DNA of 64,000 nt, taken from Alphaproteobacteria bacterium (lineage in GTDB: Bacteria > Pseudomonadota > Alphaproteobacteria > UBA828). A program made the translations under genes and the position numbers. Each line of letters starts with the position of its first letter. The first letter of the stretch is position 1. The DNA is taken from positions 448,001 through 512,000 of the forward strand of contig CBDCRW010000003.1 in NCBI GenBank assembly GCA_965221125.1, read 5' to 3'. This document shows positions 50,658-60,342 of this stretch, in pieces. The notes under the pieces are model-generated. The model did not search any database. It saw only the letters and a list, made by a program, of their open reading frames with translations, and was not told the origin of the DNA.

Positions 50658-51235
50658 ATGATGAATGAGCACCTGTTCTACGACCTCAAGGACAAGCCCG
50701 CGCTGACGCGGAGTCTGGCCACGCAGATCGTGCAGGAACTTGGCCGGCGCATCGTCTCCGGCGCCTACGGACAAGGCAACCTGCTTGAGGACGAGGGGAG
50801 GTTGGCCGCGCGATATCAGGTCAGCCGCTCGGTCAACCGCGATGCCGTGAAGATTCTCGTGGGCAAGGGCTTGCTTGAGGTGCGGCGCGGCATCGGCACG
50901 CGACTCCGCTCCCGCTCCGCTTGGGCATTGCTGGATGACGACGTGCTGGCGTGGCACCAGTCGGCTCCGGCCGACCGTGCGTTTCTGCGCCAGTTGATGG
51001 ACCTCCGCCTCGTGATCGAGCCCAAGGCGGCGCGCTGGGCGGCCGAGCGAGGCACCGCCGAGGGCCATGCGCTGATCGCCGAGGCGCGGGCGCCATGAGG
51101 AACACGGCGCGCACCTGCTCACCGTTCGTCGCCGACAAGCTGATGTTCTCGGGCGCGATCCTGTTGCTGGCGGCGGCCATGGATGCGGTTTCCCGCCAGA
51201 GCGCCAATTTCTCACGCGGTGGAGGCGGTACATGA
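50658..51235 (+). pseudogene. FadR/GntR-family regulator, frameshifted and shortened
   Basis: Intact wHTH (VSRSVNRDAVKILVGKGLLEVRRGIGT); stop at 51098; FCD-like text continues in another frame to TGA 51235, which overlaps the next ATG. Confidence 0.72.
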
Positions 51236-51708
51236 CCGACACGCGCCCCTGGAGCGAGGACCAGGACCACTTGCTTGCCAGCCTGCTCGACGAGATCGTT
51301 CCTTCGAGCGCAGACGGTCGAGTCACTGCGGCAGGGGCGCTCGGCGTGGCCGAATTTCTGGCCAGCAAGGCGTCGGCCGATCCGGAACTCGCGGCCTCGT
51401 TGCGCGCGGTCCTCGCGCACGCTGCGGCCCTCGCCGAGGCCGGTGGCGCGAGCTTCGACGACCTGGACGCCGCCGGGCGCATCGCCGTCGTCGAGGCGCT
51501 GGAGCGGGAGGTCCCCAACGCGTTCACCGCACTGCTGTGGCACACCTATATGGGCTACTACAGCCGCGCGGACGTTCGCCCGCAATTCGGCCTCTCACCC
51601 CGCCCGACACAGCCGGAGGGCTACGAGTTGCCCGAAGACGACCCCGATGAACTCGCGGATATGCTGGCCCCGGTGCGCGGGCGGGGCCGCCGCTATCGCC
51701 CGGCCTGA
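51232..51708 (+). CDS. Gluconate 2-dehydrogenase subunit-3-like small partner protein
   Basis: LLDEIVP, FDDLD, YMGYYS motifs; directly before a GMC oxidoreductase. Confidence 0.7.
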   Translation: MTDTRPWSEDQDHLLASLLDEIVPSSADGRVTAAGALGVAEFLASKASADPELAASLRAVLAHAAALAEAGGASFDDLDAAGRIAVVEALEREVPNAFTALLWHTYMGYYSRADVRPQFGLSPRPTQPEGYELPEDDPDELADMLAPVRGRGRRYRPA

Positions 51709-51726
51709 GCGCGGGAGGTGTCCGGC

Positions 51727-53340
51727 ATGAGCGACGATCCCGTCGATGTTCTGATCGTGGGCGCAGGAGCGTCGGGAGCGGCCTTCGCCTGGTCGTTGCT
51801 GGGCTCGCGCATGCGCATCCTCTGCCTGGAGCAGGGGCCGATGATCACCGACGCGGAATATCCCAGCCGCAACGCGGATTACGAGCTCAGCCGCTACGCC
51901 GAGTTCAGTTGCGACCCGAATGTGCGCGGGCTGCCGCAGGACTATCCGATCAATGCGGAAGAGTCGCCGATCACGCCGGTCAACTTCAATGCCGTCGGCG
52001 GCTCGACGATCAACTTCGCGGCGCACTGGCCGCGCATGCATCCCTCTGACTTCCGCGCCCGCTCGCTGGATGGCGTGGCTGACGACTGGCCGGTGGACTA
52101 TGCGACGCTGGAGCCCTACTACGCGCAGAACGATCGCAACATGGGCGCGTCCGGCCTCGCCGGGAACCCGGCCTATCCGTTCTACGAGCCGCCGCTGCCG
52201 CCGCTGCCGCTCGGCAAGCTGGGGCGGACGCTGGCGCAGGGTTTCAACCGGCTGGGCTGGCACTGGTGGCCGTCCGATGCGGCGATCCTGAGCCGCGACT
52301 ACGACGGTCGAGCGAAGTGCGTCAATGCCGGCACCTGCGACCTCGGCTGCGCGACGGGCGCCAAGGCCAGCGTGAACACGACTTACTGGCCGGTCCTGCT
52401 CCGCGCAGGGGTGGAACTGCGCGCCAACTGCCGGGTTCGCGAGATCTCCCTCGACGAGAACGGCATGGCGAGCGGCGTGCTCTACCACGATGCGGAAGGC
52501 CGACTGCAACGCCAGAGGGCGGCGCTCGTCGTCCTCGCCTGCAACGGCATCGGCACGCCGCGGCTCATGCTCAATTCCAGGTCGAAGCAGTTCCCCGACG
52601 GTATCGCCAATCGCAGCGGTCTCGTGGGCAAGAACCTGATGTTCCACCCGCTCACCGGCATCAGCGGCGTCTTCGACGAGCCGATGGAGGGCTTCAAGGG
52701 ACCCATGGCGTGCAGCATCCTGAGCCAGGAGTTCTACGAGACCGACCCGTCGCGGGATTTCGTGCGCGGCTACGGGCTGCATGCCAGCCGCTGGATCACC
52801 CCCATGACGTGGGCGCTCGGCGGCTTCGGCATCGACAAGCCCATCGCCTGGGGTGCCGAGCACCGGCGCCTGATGGACGAGGTCTATCCCTATTCGGCGG
52901 CGCTCACCATCGTCACCGAGGATTTGCCGCGCGAGAGCAACACGGTCACGCTCGACCCGGAGCTCACCGACAGCGACGGCATCCCGGCGCCCAAGATCAC
53001 CTATTCGGTGGACGACAATACCAGGAAGATGATTGCCCACGGCGAGGCGCGAGCCGAGGAAGCGCTTCTCGCCGCCGGTGCAACGCAGGTCTCGGGCGCG
53101 GGCCAGGAGGTTTGGTGGCGGGCCGGATGGCACCAGATGGGCACGGCGCGCATGGGCAACGATCCAGCGCGTTCGGTGGTGAACGGCTGGGGCCGTTGCC
53201 ACGACGTGCGCAACCTCTTCATCGTGGACGGCAGCATCTTCGTCACATCCGCGGCGGTGAACCCCACCTCGACCATCCAGGCGCTGGCCCTCTACATCGG
53301 CGACAGCATCCTGAAGAACATCGGCAACCTTTTCGACTGA
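51727..53340 (+). CDS. GMC family FAD oxidoreductase
   Basis: VGAGASG, VGGST, VGKNLMFH, HQMGTARMG, NPTSTI. Confidence 0.93.
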   Translation: MSDDPVDVLIVGAGASGAAFAWSLLGSRMRILCLEQGPMITDAEYPSRNADYELSRYAEFSCDPNVRGLPQDYPINAEESPITPVNFNAVGGSTINFAAHWPRMHPSDFRARSLDGVADDWPVDYATLEPYYAQNDRNMGASGLAGNPAYPFYEPPLPPLPLGKLGRTLAQGFNRLGWHWWPSDAAILSRDYDGRAKCVNAGTCDLGCATGAKASVNTTYWPVLLRAGVELRANCRVREISLDENGMASGVLYHDAEGRLQRQRAALVVLACNGIGTPRLMLNSRSKQFPDGIANRSGLVGKNLMFHPLTGISGVFDEPMEGFKGPMACSILSQEFYETDPSRDFVRGYGLHASRWITPMTWALGGFGIDKPIAWGAEHRRLMDEVYPYSAALTIVTEDLPRESNTVTLDPELTDSDGIPAPKITYSVDDNTRKMIAHGEARAEEALLAAGATQVSGAGQEVWWRAGWHQMGTARMGNDPARSVVNGWGRCHDVRNLFIVDGSIFVTSAAVNPTSTIQALALYIGDSILKNIGNLFD

Positions 53341-53350
53341 TGGACGCGAC

Positions 53351-54577
53351 ATGACCCGGCAATTGAAACCAGTGACGGCTGAGACGAGCCGGGACGCGGC
53401 GGCATATCCCCGGATGAAGATCACTCGGATCGCGAGCCACGTGCTGCAGTACGAAATGGCGGAAGAGCTGGGCTATTCCCAGCAGTTCTATGGCAAGCGC
53501 ACGGCGCACATCGTCGAGGTCGAGACCGACGCCGGGATCACCGGCTGGGGCGAGTGCTTTGGGCCGGGAACGGTCGCGCTCGCCAACAGGGCCATTGTCG
53601 AGCAAGTGATCCAGCCCATGGTGCTCGGCGCAAACCCGCTGGACCGCGACGTGATCTGGCACCGGGTCTACAACCTGCTGCGCGATCATGGCCAGAAGGG
53701 TATGCCGCTGCAGGCGCTCTCCGGCGTCGACATTGCGCTCTGGGATATTGCCGGCAAGGTGGCGGGCCTGCCGCTCCACACGTTGATCGGCGGCGCACAC
53801 CGCGAGTCCGTGCCCGTCTACGGCTACGGCATGATGCTGCGGCGCGAGGACGCGGCCTCGCTCGCCGCACGCTTCGCCGACGAAGCGGCCGCGATCAAGG
53901 AGCAGGGCTACGTCGCCGCCAAGATGAAGGTCGGGCTAGGCCCGAAACGGGACGTTGCTCTCGCCGAGGCGGTGCGGCGCGGCGTCGGCGACGGGTTCGA
54001 CTTCATGGTGGATGCCAACCATTGCTACACCACCGCCGATGCCTTCTACGTAGGGCATGCGTTGGAGGAGTTGGGCGCCTACTGGTTCGAGGAGCCGGTG
54101 GCGCCGGAAGACGTCGCCGGGTACGCGGCCTTGCGACAGGGTCTCAAGGTCAACATCGCCGGCGGCGAGGCCGAGTACAGTCGCTGGGGCTGGCGCGCGC
54201 TGCTGGAAGGCCGCGGGCTCGACATCGCCCAGCCGGAAGTCTGCGCACTCGGGGGAATCAGCGAGTACCTGCGGGTGCTGGCGCTGTGCCACGCGCATTT
54301 CACGCCGGTGGTGAACCACGTCTGGGGCTCGGCCATCGCGGTCGCCACGAACCTGCAGCTCCTGGCAGCGATGCCGCCGCTGCCGGGCGGCCTTCACCCG
54401 CGCGAGCCGATGCTGGAGTTCGATACGACCGAAAACAGGTTCCGCGACGACCTGCTGACGAAGCCGCTGGATATCCAGGGGCAGGTGGCGCGCAACGGAG
54501 GCCGTGCCGCGATCCCCGACGGCCCAGGCCTCGGCGTCGAGCCGGACCGCGATTTCCTGCGGCACTACGCGGCGTGA
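53351..54577 (+). CDS. Enolase-superfamily (mandelate racemase-like) enzyme, D-galactarolactone cycloisomerase-like
   Basis: KMK, DANH, WFEEP, GGE, HVWG, EFD.T.N.FR, PDGPGLG; alternative start 53414. Confidence 0.88.
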   Translation: MTRQLKPVTAETSRDAAAYPRMKITRIASHVLQYEMAEELGYSQQFYGKRTAHIVEVETDAGITGWGECFGPGTVALANRAIVEQVIQPMVLGANPLDRDVIWHRVYNLLRDHGQKGMPLQALSGVDIALWDIAGKVAGLPLHTLIGGAHRESVPVYGYGMMLRREDAASLAARFADEAAAIKEQGYVAAKMKVGLGPKRDVALAEAVRRGVGDGFDFMVDANHCYTTADAFYVGHALEELGAYWFEEPVAPEDVAGYAALRQGLKVNIAGGEAEYSRWGWRALLEGRGLDIAQPEVCALGGISEYLRVLALCHAHFTPVVNHVWGSAIAVATNLQLLAAMPPLPGGLHPREPMLEFDTTENRFRDDLLTKPLDIQGQVARNGGRAAIPDGPGLGVEPDRDFLRHYAA

Positions 54578-54621
54578 CGGCCTGTCGGCGCCCAGGTCAT
54601 CGCGCGCACGCTCATGTGACA

Positions 54622-54747
54622 GCCGCCCCGGAATTGGGGTTGGACAACGCGCGAATTACCTCAATGGAATCAATGCCACCCCTTGGGGCGGCAGGACAAC
54701 GTAAGCTTCTGATATCATTGGCGAACCCTACTCCCGCAGGGGTCACC
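54622..54747. mobile_element. Possible att/integrative-element end scar
   Basis: AT-richer spacer; inverted CAATGGAATCA/TGATATCATTG; minus-strand AGGGTTCGCCA resembling a tRNA 3' end; GGACAACG direct repeats. Confidence 0.4.
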
Positions 54748-54751
54748 GCCG

Positions 54752-55492
54752 TCACCCGCTTGAATTGCCGCGCTCCTTCCGCTTGGCGGCCAGGGCGAGC
54801 CAGGCGTCGCCGACGCGGTAGCAGAAATCGTGCGAGGCGTGGTGGTAGAGCTGCAGCAGGTGCGGCAGCGTCTCGGGCAACGTCGGATAATGGGTGGGCA
54901 CGATTTCGTCCGAGATCGAGACCCAGGTGGTCATCATCTCCGGCGTCACCTCGAAGTGGGGCTGGAAGGAGTAGGTCGCGGCGCCGAAGCGGAACGCCTG
55001 GTTCGGCACCTCATCCCCCACCATGAGCCGCGTCGCGCCCTCGGGCAGGTCGAAGGTCTGGCTGTGGAACTGCGCCAGATGCATGGGGTTGGCGAACGAC
55101 TGGCCGAGCAGCGGGTCGCTCTCCGCCGCCTGCGTCAGCGCAATGGGCACGAAGCCCACCTCCGGCAGGCGCATGTCGTAGCAGCGCCCGCCCAGGGCGC
55201 GGGCGACGATCTGCGAGCCGAGGCAGATGCCGAGCACCGGCTTCTCGGCTTGCGTGAAGCGCCGCACCAGCGCGGCCGCGTCTTCGAGCCAGGGATGCTC
55301 GTCCACGTGACCCGCGTGCATCGCGCCCCCCATGAGGAGGAAGCCGTCGTAGCCCGAATCGTCCGCCGGCAGGCGGTGGTCGGCGTTCAGGTGGGGCATG
55401 CAGGCCTCGAAACGGACGCCGCGCCGCGCCGCCGGCTCCTCCAGGTAGCCGGGCCCGGAGTTATCGTGATTCTGCAGCAAGAGGATACGCAC
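54752..55492 (-). CDS. Class I glutamine amidotransferase-like protein
   Basis: LGICLGSQ nucleophile elbow, FQPHFE. Confidence 0.9.
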   Translation of the reverse strand: MRILLLQNHDNSGPGYLEEPAARRGVRFEACMPHLNADHRLPADDSGYDGFLLMGGAMHAGHVDEHPWLEDAAALVRRFTQAEKPVLGICLGSQIVARALGGRCYDMRLPEVGFVPIALTQAAESDPLLGQSFANPMHLAQFHSQTFDLPEGATRLMVGDEVPNQAFRFGAATYSFQPHFEVTPEMMTTWVSISDEIVPTHYPTLPETLPHLLQLYHHASHDFCYRVGDAWLALAAKRKERGNSSG

Positions 55493-55498
55493 CGGCGC

Positions 55499-56185
55499 TC
55501 AGCCCTCGCGCCAGAAGCGCTTGAAGCTCTCCGCCGTGACGTCGGGGTCGCGGCAGAAGTCGACGATCGCCTGCTCCTTGCGCACGACCGCGGCCGCCGC
55601 CTCCAGGATCTGCGGCACCTGCTCCGGCGATACGGCGACGGCGCCGTTCACGTCGGCATGGATGAGCGTGTCGGTGCGGGCATAGAGCCCGGCGACGTTC
55701 ACCTCGCAGCCGAAATCGACGCGGTGGTAGTCGGCCCGGTTGGGCGCGATGCCGCCGCAGAGCACCTGAAAGCCCTCGGCCATGCCGGCCACGTCGCGAA
55801 CGGCGCCGTTGGTGATGAGGCCGATGCAGCCGAGCACGCCGTGCATGAAGCTCATGACCTCGCCGAACAGCGCGTTGGTGGCGGCGTGCGGCGTGTCGCC
55901 GTCCTGCACCACGACGATGCGGGGCTCAGGGCCGGCAGCGACGTAGTCGAACCATTCGAGGTCCTGCGCCTTCTCCTGCGCCGCGTCGAGGCCGCCGGGC
56001 TCCTGCGTCCGGTAGAGCGTGGTACGCGCGAAGCCCACCATGGGCGGCAGATCGGGGCGCGCGCAGTGGAGCATCGCCTTGGTCGAGCGCCGCGCCGCTT
56101 CCGGCGCAATGGCGAGCAACGCGTTGCAGATGGTCGGCGTGTCGTAGCGGCCGAGTGCCGCGAGATCGATGTCGTGTGCAGTCAT
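55499..56185 (-). CDS. RraA/HMG-aldolase family protein
   Basis: DTPTICNAL, FGEVM, TNGAVRD, IHADVNG. Confidence 0.85.
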   Translation of the reverse strand: MTAHDIDLAALGRYDTPTICNALLAIAPEAARRSTKAMLHCARPDLPPMVGFARTTLYRTQEPGGLDAAQEKAQDLEWFDYVAAGPEPRIVVVQDGDTPHAATNALFGEVMSFMHGVLGCIGLITNGAVRDVAGMAEGFQVLCGGIAPNRADYHRVDFGCEVNVAGLYARTDTLIHADVNGAVAVSPEQVPQILEAAAAVVRKEQAIVDFCRDPDVTAESFKRFWREG

Positions 56186-56293
56186 GGAGCCCTCCCCGCC
56201 CCCTCATAGCCGCGCCGCCACCTGCTTGCAATCGGCGGTCTTGCACAGTCAGCGCGCCGCCGCCACCATCGCGCAAACAAAGAGGTGACGCGC

Positions 56294-57211
56294 ATGAGCA
56301 TCAAGATCGAGTGCATCCTCGACTGCGGGAACCACCTGGGCGAAGGCCCGGTGTGGGACGTGGACGAAGGCCGGCTCTACTGGGTGGACGGCACGGGGCG
56401 GCGGGTCGGCAAGCCCGAGCTGTGGCGCATGGACCCCAAGAGCGGCAAGGTCGAGAACTGGACGCTGGGCGACCACGACGTGGGCGCGATGGCGCTCCGT
56501 GCCGGCGGCGGCGCGGTGATGGCGCTCGACGACGGCTTCTACTTCTTCGACTACGACAAGGCGAAGATGGAGCTGATCGCCAAGGTCGATGCCGAGCACC
56601 CGCGCACGCGCCTCAACGACGGCAAGTGCGACCGGCGCGGGCGCTTCTTCGCGGGCGGCATGGACGACAAGGAGGAGCTCACCATCTGCGGGCTGTGGCG
56701 GCTCGACCCCGACCTCAGCGTCACCAAGGTCGACGACGGCATCATCTGCACCAACGGCCCCTGCTGGAGCCCGGACGACAAGACCTTCTACCTGGCCGAC
56801 AGCTTCCAGGATGAGTTCTGGGCCTACGACTACGACATTGAGACCGGCAGCCTCTACAACAAGCGGGTGTTCGCCTCGACAAGGGAGGACGCGGGCGTCG
56901 CCGACGGCTCGACGGTGGACGAGGAAGGCTGCCTCTGGAACGCGCAGGTGATCGGCGGCGAGCTCGTACGCTACGCGCCGGACGGCTCGGTGGAGCGCCG
57001 CATCGGCATGCCGGTGAAGAACATCACCAGCGTGATGTTCGGCGGCGACGACCTCGACGTGCTCTACGTCACCTCCATGGCCCGCGTGCAGCACCCGGCG
57101 GTGCACGACATGTTCGCGGTGGAGGCCAAGCCGCAGTTCCTCGCCGGCGGCCTGTTCGCGGTCACCGGCCTCGGCATCCGCGGCGTTCCGGAACCGCGAT
57201 TTGCCGGCTGA
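56294..57211 (+). CDS. SMP-30/gluconolactonase family sugar lactonase
   Basis: LGEGPVW, RLNDGKCD, NGPCWSPD, DGSTVD. Confidence 0.92.
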   Translation: MSIKIECILDCGNHLGEGPVWDVDEGRLYWVDGTGRRVGKPELWRMDPKSGKVENWTLGDHDVGAMALRAGGGAVMALDDGFYFFDYDKAKMELIAKVDAEHPRTRLNDGKCDRRGRFFAGGMDDKEELTICGLWRLDPDLSVTKVDDGIICTNGPCWSPDDKTFYLADSFQDEFWAYDYDIETGSLYNKRVFASTREDAGVADGSTVDEEGCLWNAQVIGGELVRYAPDGSVERRIGMPVKNITSVMFGGDDLDVLYVTSMARVQHPAVHDMFAVEAKPQFLAGGLFAVTGLGIRGVPEPRFAG

Positions 57212-57238
57212 GTTGTCCCCGCCCGGAAGCGGAGCGCC

Positions 57239-57526
57239 TCAAGTCTTGCGAATAAAATTGTCGGCGTAGGACTTGGGGCGGACGGTGCGCGACTGGGGCT
57301 CGTCCACCACGTAATCCAAGCCGCGCCGTCTGGCGTAGGCAATCGCCTGCTGCTTGGTCGCGAAGGTGAGCTTGACCTGCTGGGTGGTGTCGTCCGATCC
57401 GGTCCAGCCCATCAGGCTGTCCACCGCGCGCTGGCCGCGCGGCGCGTGCTCAAGCACCCAGCGGCCGGTCTTGGCCCGGCCCGATTGGGTCGCCGTCTTC
57501 GCCGGCCTATAGATGCGCACGTCCAT
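57239..57526 (-). CDS. ETC complex I subunit (NDUFS4-like)
   Basis: RIYRPAKTATQSG, LMGWTGS.D, KSYADNF. Confidence 0.92.
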   Translation of the reverse strand: MDVRIYRPAKTATQSGRAKTGRWVLEHAPRGQRAVDSLMGWTGSDDTTQQVKLTFATKQQAIAYARRRGLDYVVDEPQSRTVRPKSYADNFIRKT

Positions 57527-57578
57527 CGCCCGGCCTCATAGCGCGGCCACGCGACGGCGGCAAGGCTCGGGCGTCTGG

Positions 57579-58211
57579 TTACGCCGACGCGCTCGGCCTC
57601 CCCCCGACTTCGGCGAACCAACGGGCGACGTTGGTGCAGCCCTCCGGGATTTCGATCTCCGCCCGCTTGGCGAAGTCGATCGTCACGAACGCCGTGATGT
57701 CGGCGATGGAGAAGCGGTCGCCGGCGAGATGGCCGTTGTCGGCGAGCCGGCCGTCGAGCTTGGCGAAGAAGCGCCCCATGGACTGCCTGCCGCGCTCGGC
57801 CAGCGCTGGGATCTGGGGCACGCCGCCGGTCACGCCGGCCACGCCGCGGTCCTCGAACATCGGCGCGCTGTTCCGCAACGCGTCGACGGCTGCGAGATAG
57901 CCCTCGAGCTCCGCCTGCCGGTTCCACATCTCGATGACCGCCTTCTCCTTGGCATCGCGGCCCATGAGGTTGGGCTCGGGATGGGTCTCCTCCAGATAGC
58001 GGCAGATCGCCACCGACTCGCCGATGCAGGTGCCGTCGTCGAGCACGAGCGCGGGCACCACGCAGTTGGGGTTCACGGCGCGGTACTCGTCGCTGAACTG
58101 CTGGCGCTCGCGCGTGTTGATCTGCACGGAGGGGATCTCGATCCCCTTCTCGGCGATGAAGATACGCACCCGGCGGGGGCCGGGCGCGAGCGAGAACTCG
58201 TAGAGCTTCAT
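57579..58211 (-). CDS. Glutathione S-transferase
   Basis: AP.PRRVRIF, NP...VPAL, ESVAICRYL, FSIADI. Confidence 0.92.
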   Translation of the reverse strand: MKLYEFSLAPGPRRVRIFIAEKGIEIPSVQINTRERQQFSDEYRAVNPNCVVPALVLDDGTCIGESVAICRYLEETHPEPNLMGRDAKEKAVIEMWNRQAELEGYLAAVDALRNSAPMFEDRGVAGVTGGVPQIPALAERGRQSMGRFFAKLDGRLADNGHLAGDRFSIADITAFVTIDFAKRAEIEIPEGCTNVARWFAEVGGRPSASA

Positions 58212-58240
58212 GTAGCTTCTCCCTCGTTGGCCGCAGCCGC

Positions 58241-59761
58241 TCAGAGCGTCTTCCAGTCGACCGACTGCTCGTAGGCGTGGGCGGCCCGGTAGATGGTCGC
58301 TTCGTCGAAGTGCCTGCCGACCAGCATGAGGCCGACCGGCAGGCCGTCGCTCAAGCCACAGGGCGCGGTGAGCGCCGGGTGGCCGGTGGCGTCGAAGACG
58401 GCGGTGTTGGCGAACATCTCGTGCGCGCGCTGGATCACGAGCTCGATGGGCGCGTCCGCCGGCGGGATCGGCGTCGCCGTGATCGGCAGCGTCGGCATCA
58501 CGATCACGTCGCAGTCGGCGAGCGCGCTGTCGTAGGCCCTGCGCATGCGCCGCGAGATGTTCTGCGCCTTGGCGTAGTAGTGCCCGCCGTACTGGTTCTG
58601 CATGTACTGGCCGAGCAGGATCACGTACTTCAGCGAGTGCGAGAGTTCGTCGGCGCGCTCCCGCCAGCCGGCGTAGCGGTTGAGCAGGCTGGTGACGTAG
58701 AGGCCCTTCCAGTTGGTGCCGAAGCCGTTGCCATTCATCATGAACTCGACCGTGCCCTCGACCCCGATGGGGGTCCAGACGGCGACGCCCACCAGGTGCT
58801 CGGGGATGCTGATCTCCTTCACCGTGGCGCCGATGGCTTCCAGCCGGGCGGCGGCGGCACGCACCCTCTCGTCCACGCCGGGCTCCGAGTTGGGGTGGCC
58901 GTAGCCCTCTTTCAGCACGCCGACGGTCATGCCCTCCGCGCCCTGGCCGAGCGCGCCGGTATAGGACGGATTCTCCGGAACGCCGATCTGGCGGGGGTCG
59001 AGACCGTCGCTGCCGGCGATCACCTCCAGCAGCAGGGCGTTGTTGGCGACCGTGTCGGTCATGGGGCCGGCGTGGTCCACCGTCATCTCGATGGGCATGA
59101 CGCCGGAATAGGGCACGAGGCCGTGCGTGGGCTTGAGGCCGACGATGCCGCACATGGACGCAGGGATTCGGACGGAGCCGGCCTGATCGCAGCCGATGGC
59201 CATCTCCACGTCGCCGGCCGCGACCACGGCGCCTGAGCCCGAGGAGGAGCCGCCCGTGGTGTAGCCCCGCCTCCACGGGTTGTGCACCGGCAGCCCCGTC
59301 GCATTGGTGTGGCTGCCGCCGGAGAAGCAGAGGTATTCGCACGCCGTCTTGCCCGCGATCTCGCCGCCTTCGTCAAGGATGCGGCTCACGATGGTGGCGT
59401 CCACGTCGGGCACGTAGCCTTCGAGGATCGAGGCGCCGTTCATCATCGGCACGCCGGCGACGCAGACGTTGTCCTTGATGGCGACCTTCCTGCCGGCGAG
59501 CTTTCCGCCTTCTGCGCCCTTGATGTCGGTCCGCCAGTACCAGGCGTTGTGCGGGTTCTCGTCAGCCTCCGGCCGGTATCCGGGGAGGCGCGGATAGCGG
59601 ACCTCGGGCAGCTCGTCGGACATGGAATCCACGGTATTGTATCCGTCGAGCAGCGGCTTCATCGCCGCGAGATACTGGGCGGCCTCGTCCTCGCTGAGGC
59701 GCAGGCCGAGCTCCGCGCCGACCTCGACGATCTGGTCGGCCCTGGGTGCTTTGATCGGCAT
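58241..59761 (-). CDS. Amidase signature family enzyme
   Basis: IKDN, GGSSSGS, DQAGSVRIP. Confidence 0.93.
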   Translation of the reverse strand: MPIKAPRADQIVEVGAELGLRLSEDEAAQYLAAMKPLLDGYNTVDSMSDELPEVRYPRLPGYRPEADENPHNAWYWRTDIKGAEGGKLAGRKVAIKDNVCVAGVPMMNGASILEGYVPDVDATIVSRILDEGGEIAGKTACEYLCFSGGSHTNATGLPVHNPWRRGYTTGGSSSGSGAVVAAGDVEMAIGCDQAGSVRIPASMCGIVGLKPTHGLVPYSGVMPIEMTVDHAGPMTDTVANNALLLEVIAGSDGLDPRQIGVPENPSYTGALGQGAEGMTVGVLKEGYGHPNSEPGVDERVRAAAARLEAIGATVKEISIPEHLVGVAVWTPIGVEGTVEFMMNGNGFGTNWKGLYVTSLLNRYAGWRERADELSHSLKYVILLGQYMQNQYGGHYYAKAQNISRRMRRAYDSALADCDVIVMPTLPITATPIPPADAPIELVIQRAHEMFANTAVFDATGHPALTAPCGLSDGLPVGLMLVGRHFDEATIYRAAHAYEQSVDWKTL

Positions 59762-59839
59762 GACTACCCTCCCCTCGCCGCGCCCGATCAGGGCCCGGTT
59801 TGCATGCGTTTTGCCTAATTATTCAATGCGGCAAACGGG

Positions 59840-60331
59840 TTATGCGAAATTGGCTTCGTTTTGCAATTTCTCCCGTTTCACCGCCGCTGGCACGCCGTAA
59901 AGCTGGCGGGCACGGCTCTCGAAGGCGCGCACCATGCGGTCCACCGCATCGGCGAAGAGGGCGCTCATGACGCGCTTGAGCAGCCTGGAGCGGAACTCGA
60001 AATCGACGAAAAAATCCACCTCGCAGCCGTCCGTCCGTTCGTTGAAGCGCCAACGGTTGACCATGTAACGGAACGGCCCGTGGGTGTGGTTCACCTCGAT
60101 CCGGTGCTCGCCCCGGTGGAGCTGCATCCGCGAGCCGAAGCGCTCGCGGAGCATCATGAAGCCGATCAGCATGTCGGCCTCCACGATGTCAGGCTCGCCG
60201 GGGACGCGTCTTGTCACGCGCGTGCCGAGGCACCAGGGCAGGAACTCGGGGTAATACTCGACCTCGGCCACCAGATCGAACATCTGGTCCGAGCTGTACG
60301 GCAGAAAGCGGCGCTCGTTGTGCTGCGGCAT
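59840..60331 (-). CDS. RatA/PasT/Coq10 START-domain protein
   Basis: MFDLVAEVE.YPEFLPWC, GPF, AFESRA; follows lipA. Confidence 0.9.
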   Translation of the reverse strand: MPQHNERRFLPYSSDQMFDLVAEVEYYPEFLPWCLGTRVTRRVPGEPDIVEADMLIGFMMLRERFGSRMQLHRGEHRIEVNHTHGPFRYMVNRWRFNERTDGCEVDFFVDFEFRSRLLKRVMSALFADAVDRMVRAFESRARQLYGVPAAVKREKLQNEANFA

Positions 60332-60342
60332 CGGGCGCGCCT

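Noticed and set aside
59840-60331. RatA toxin-antitoxin module
   Set aside because: No partner gene; the lipA-linked START protein is better explained as a Coq10-like ubiquinone-binding protein
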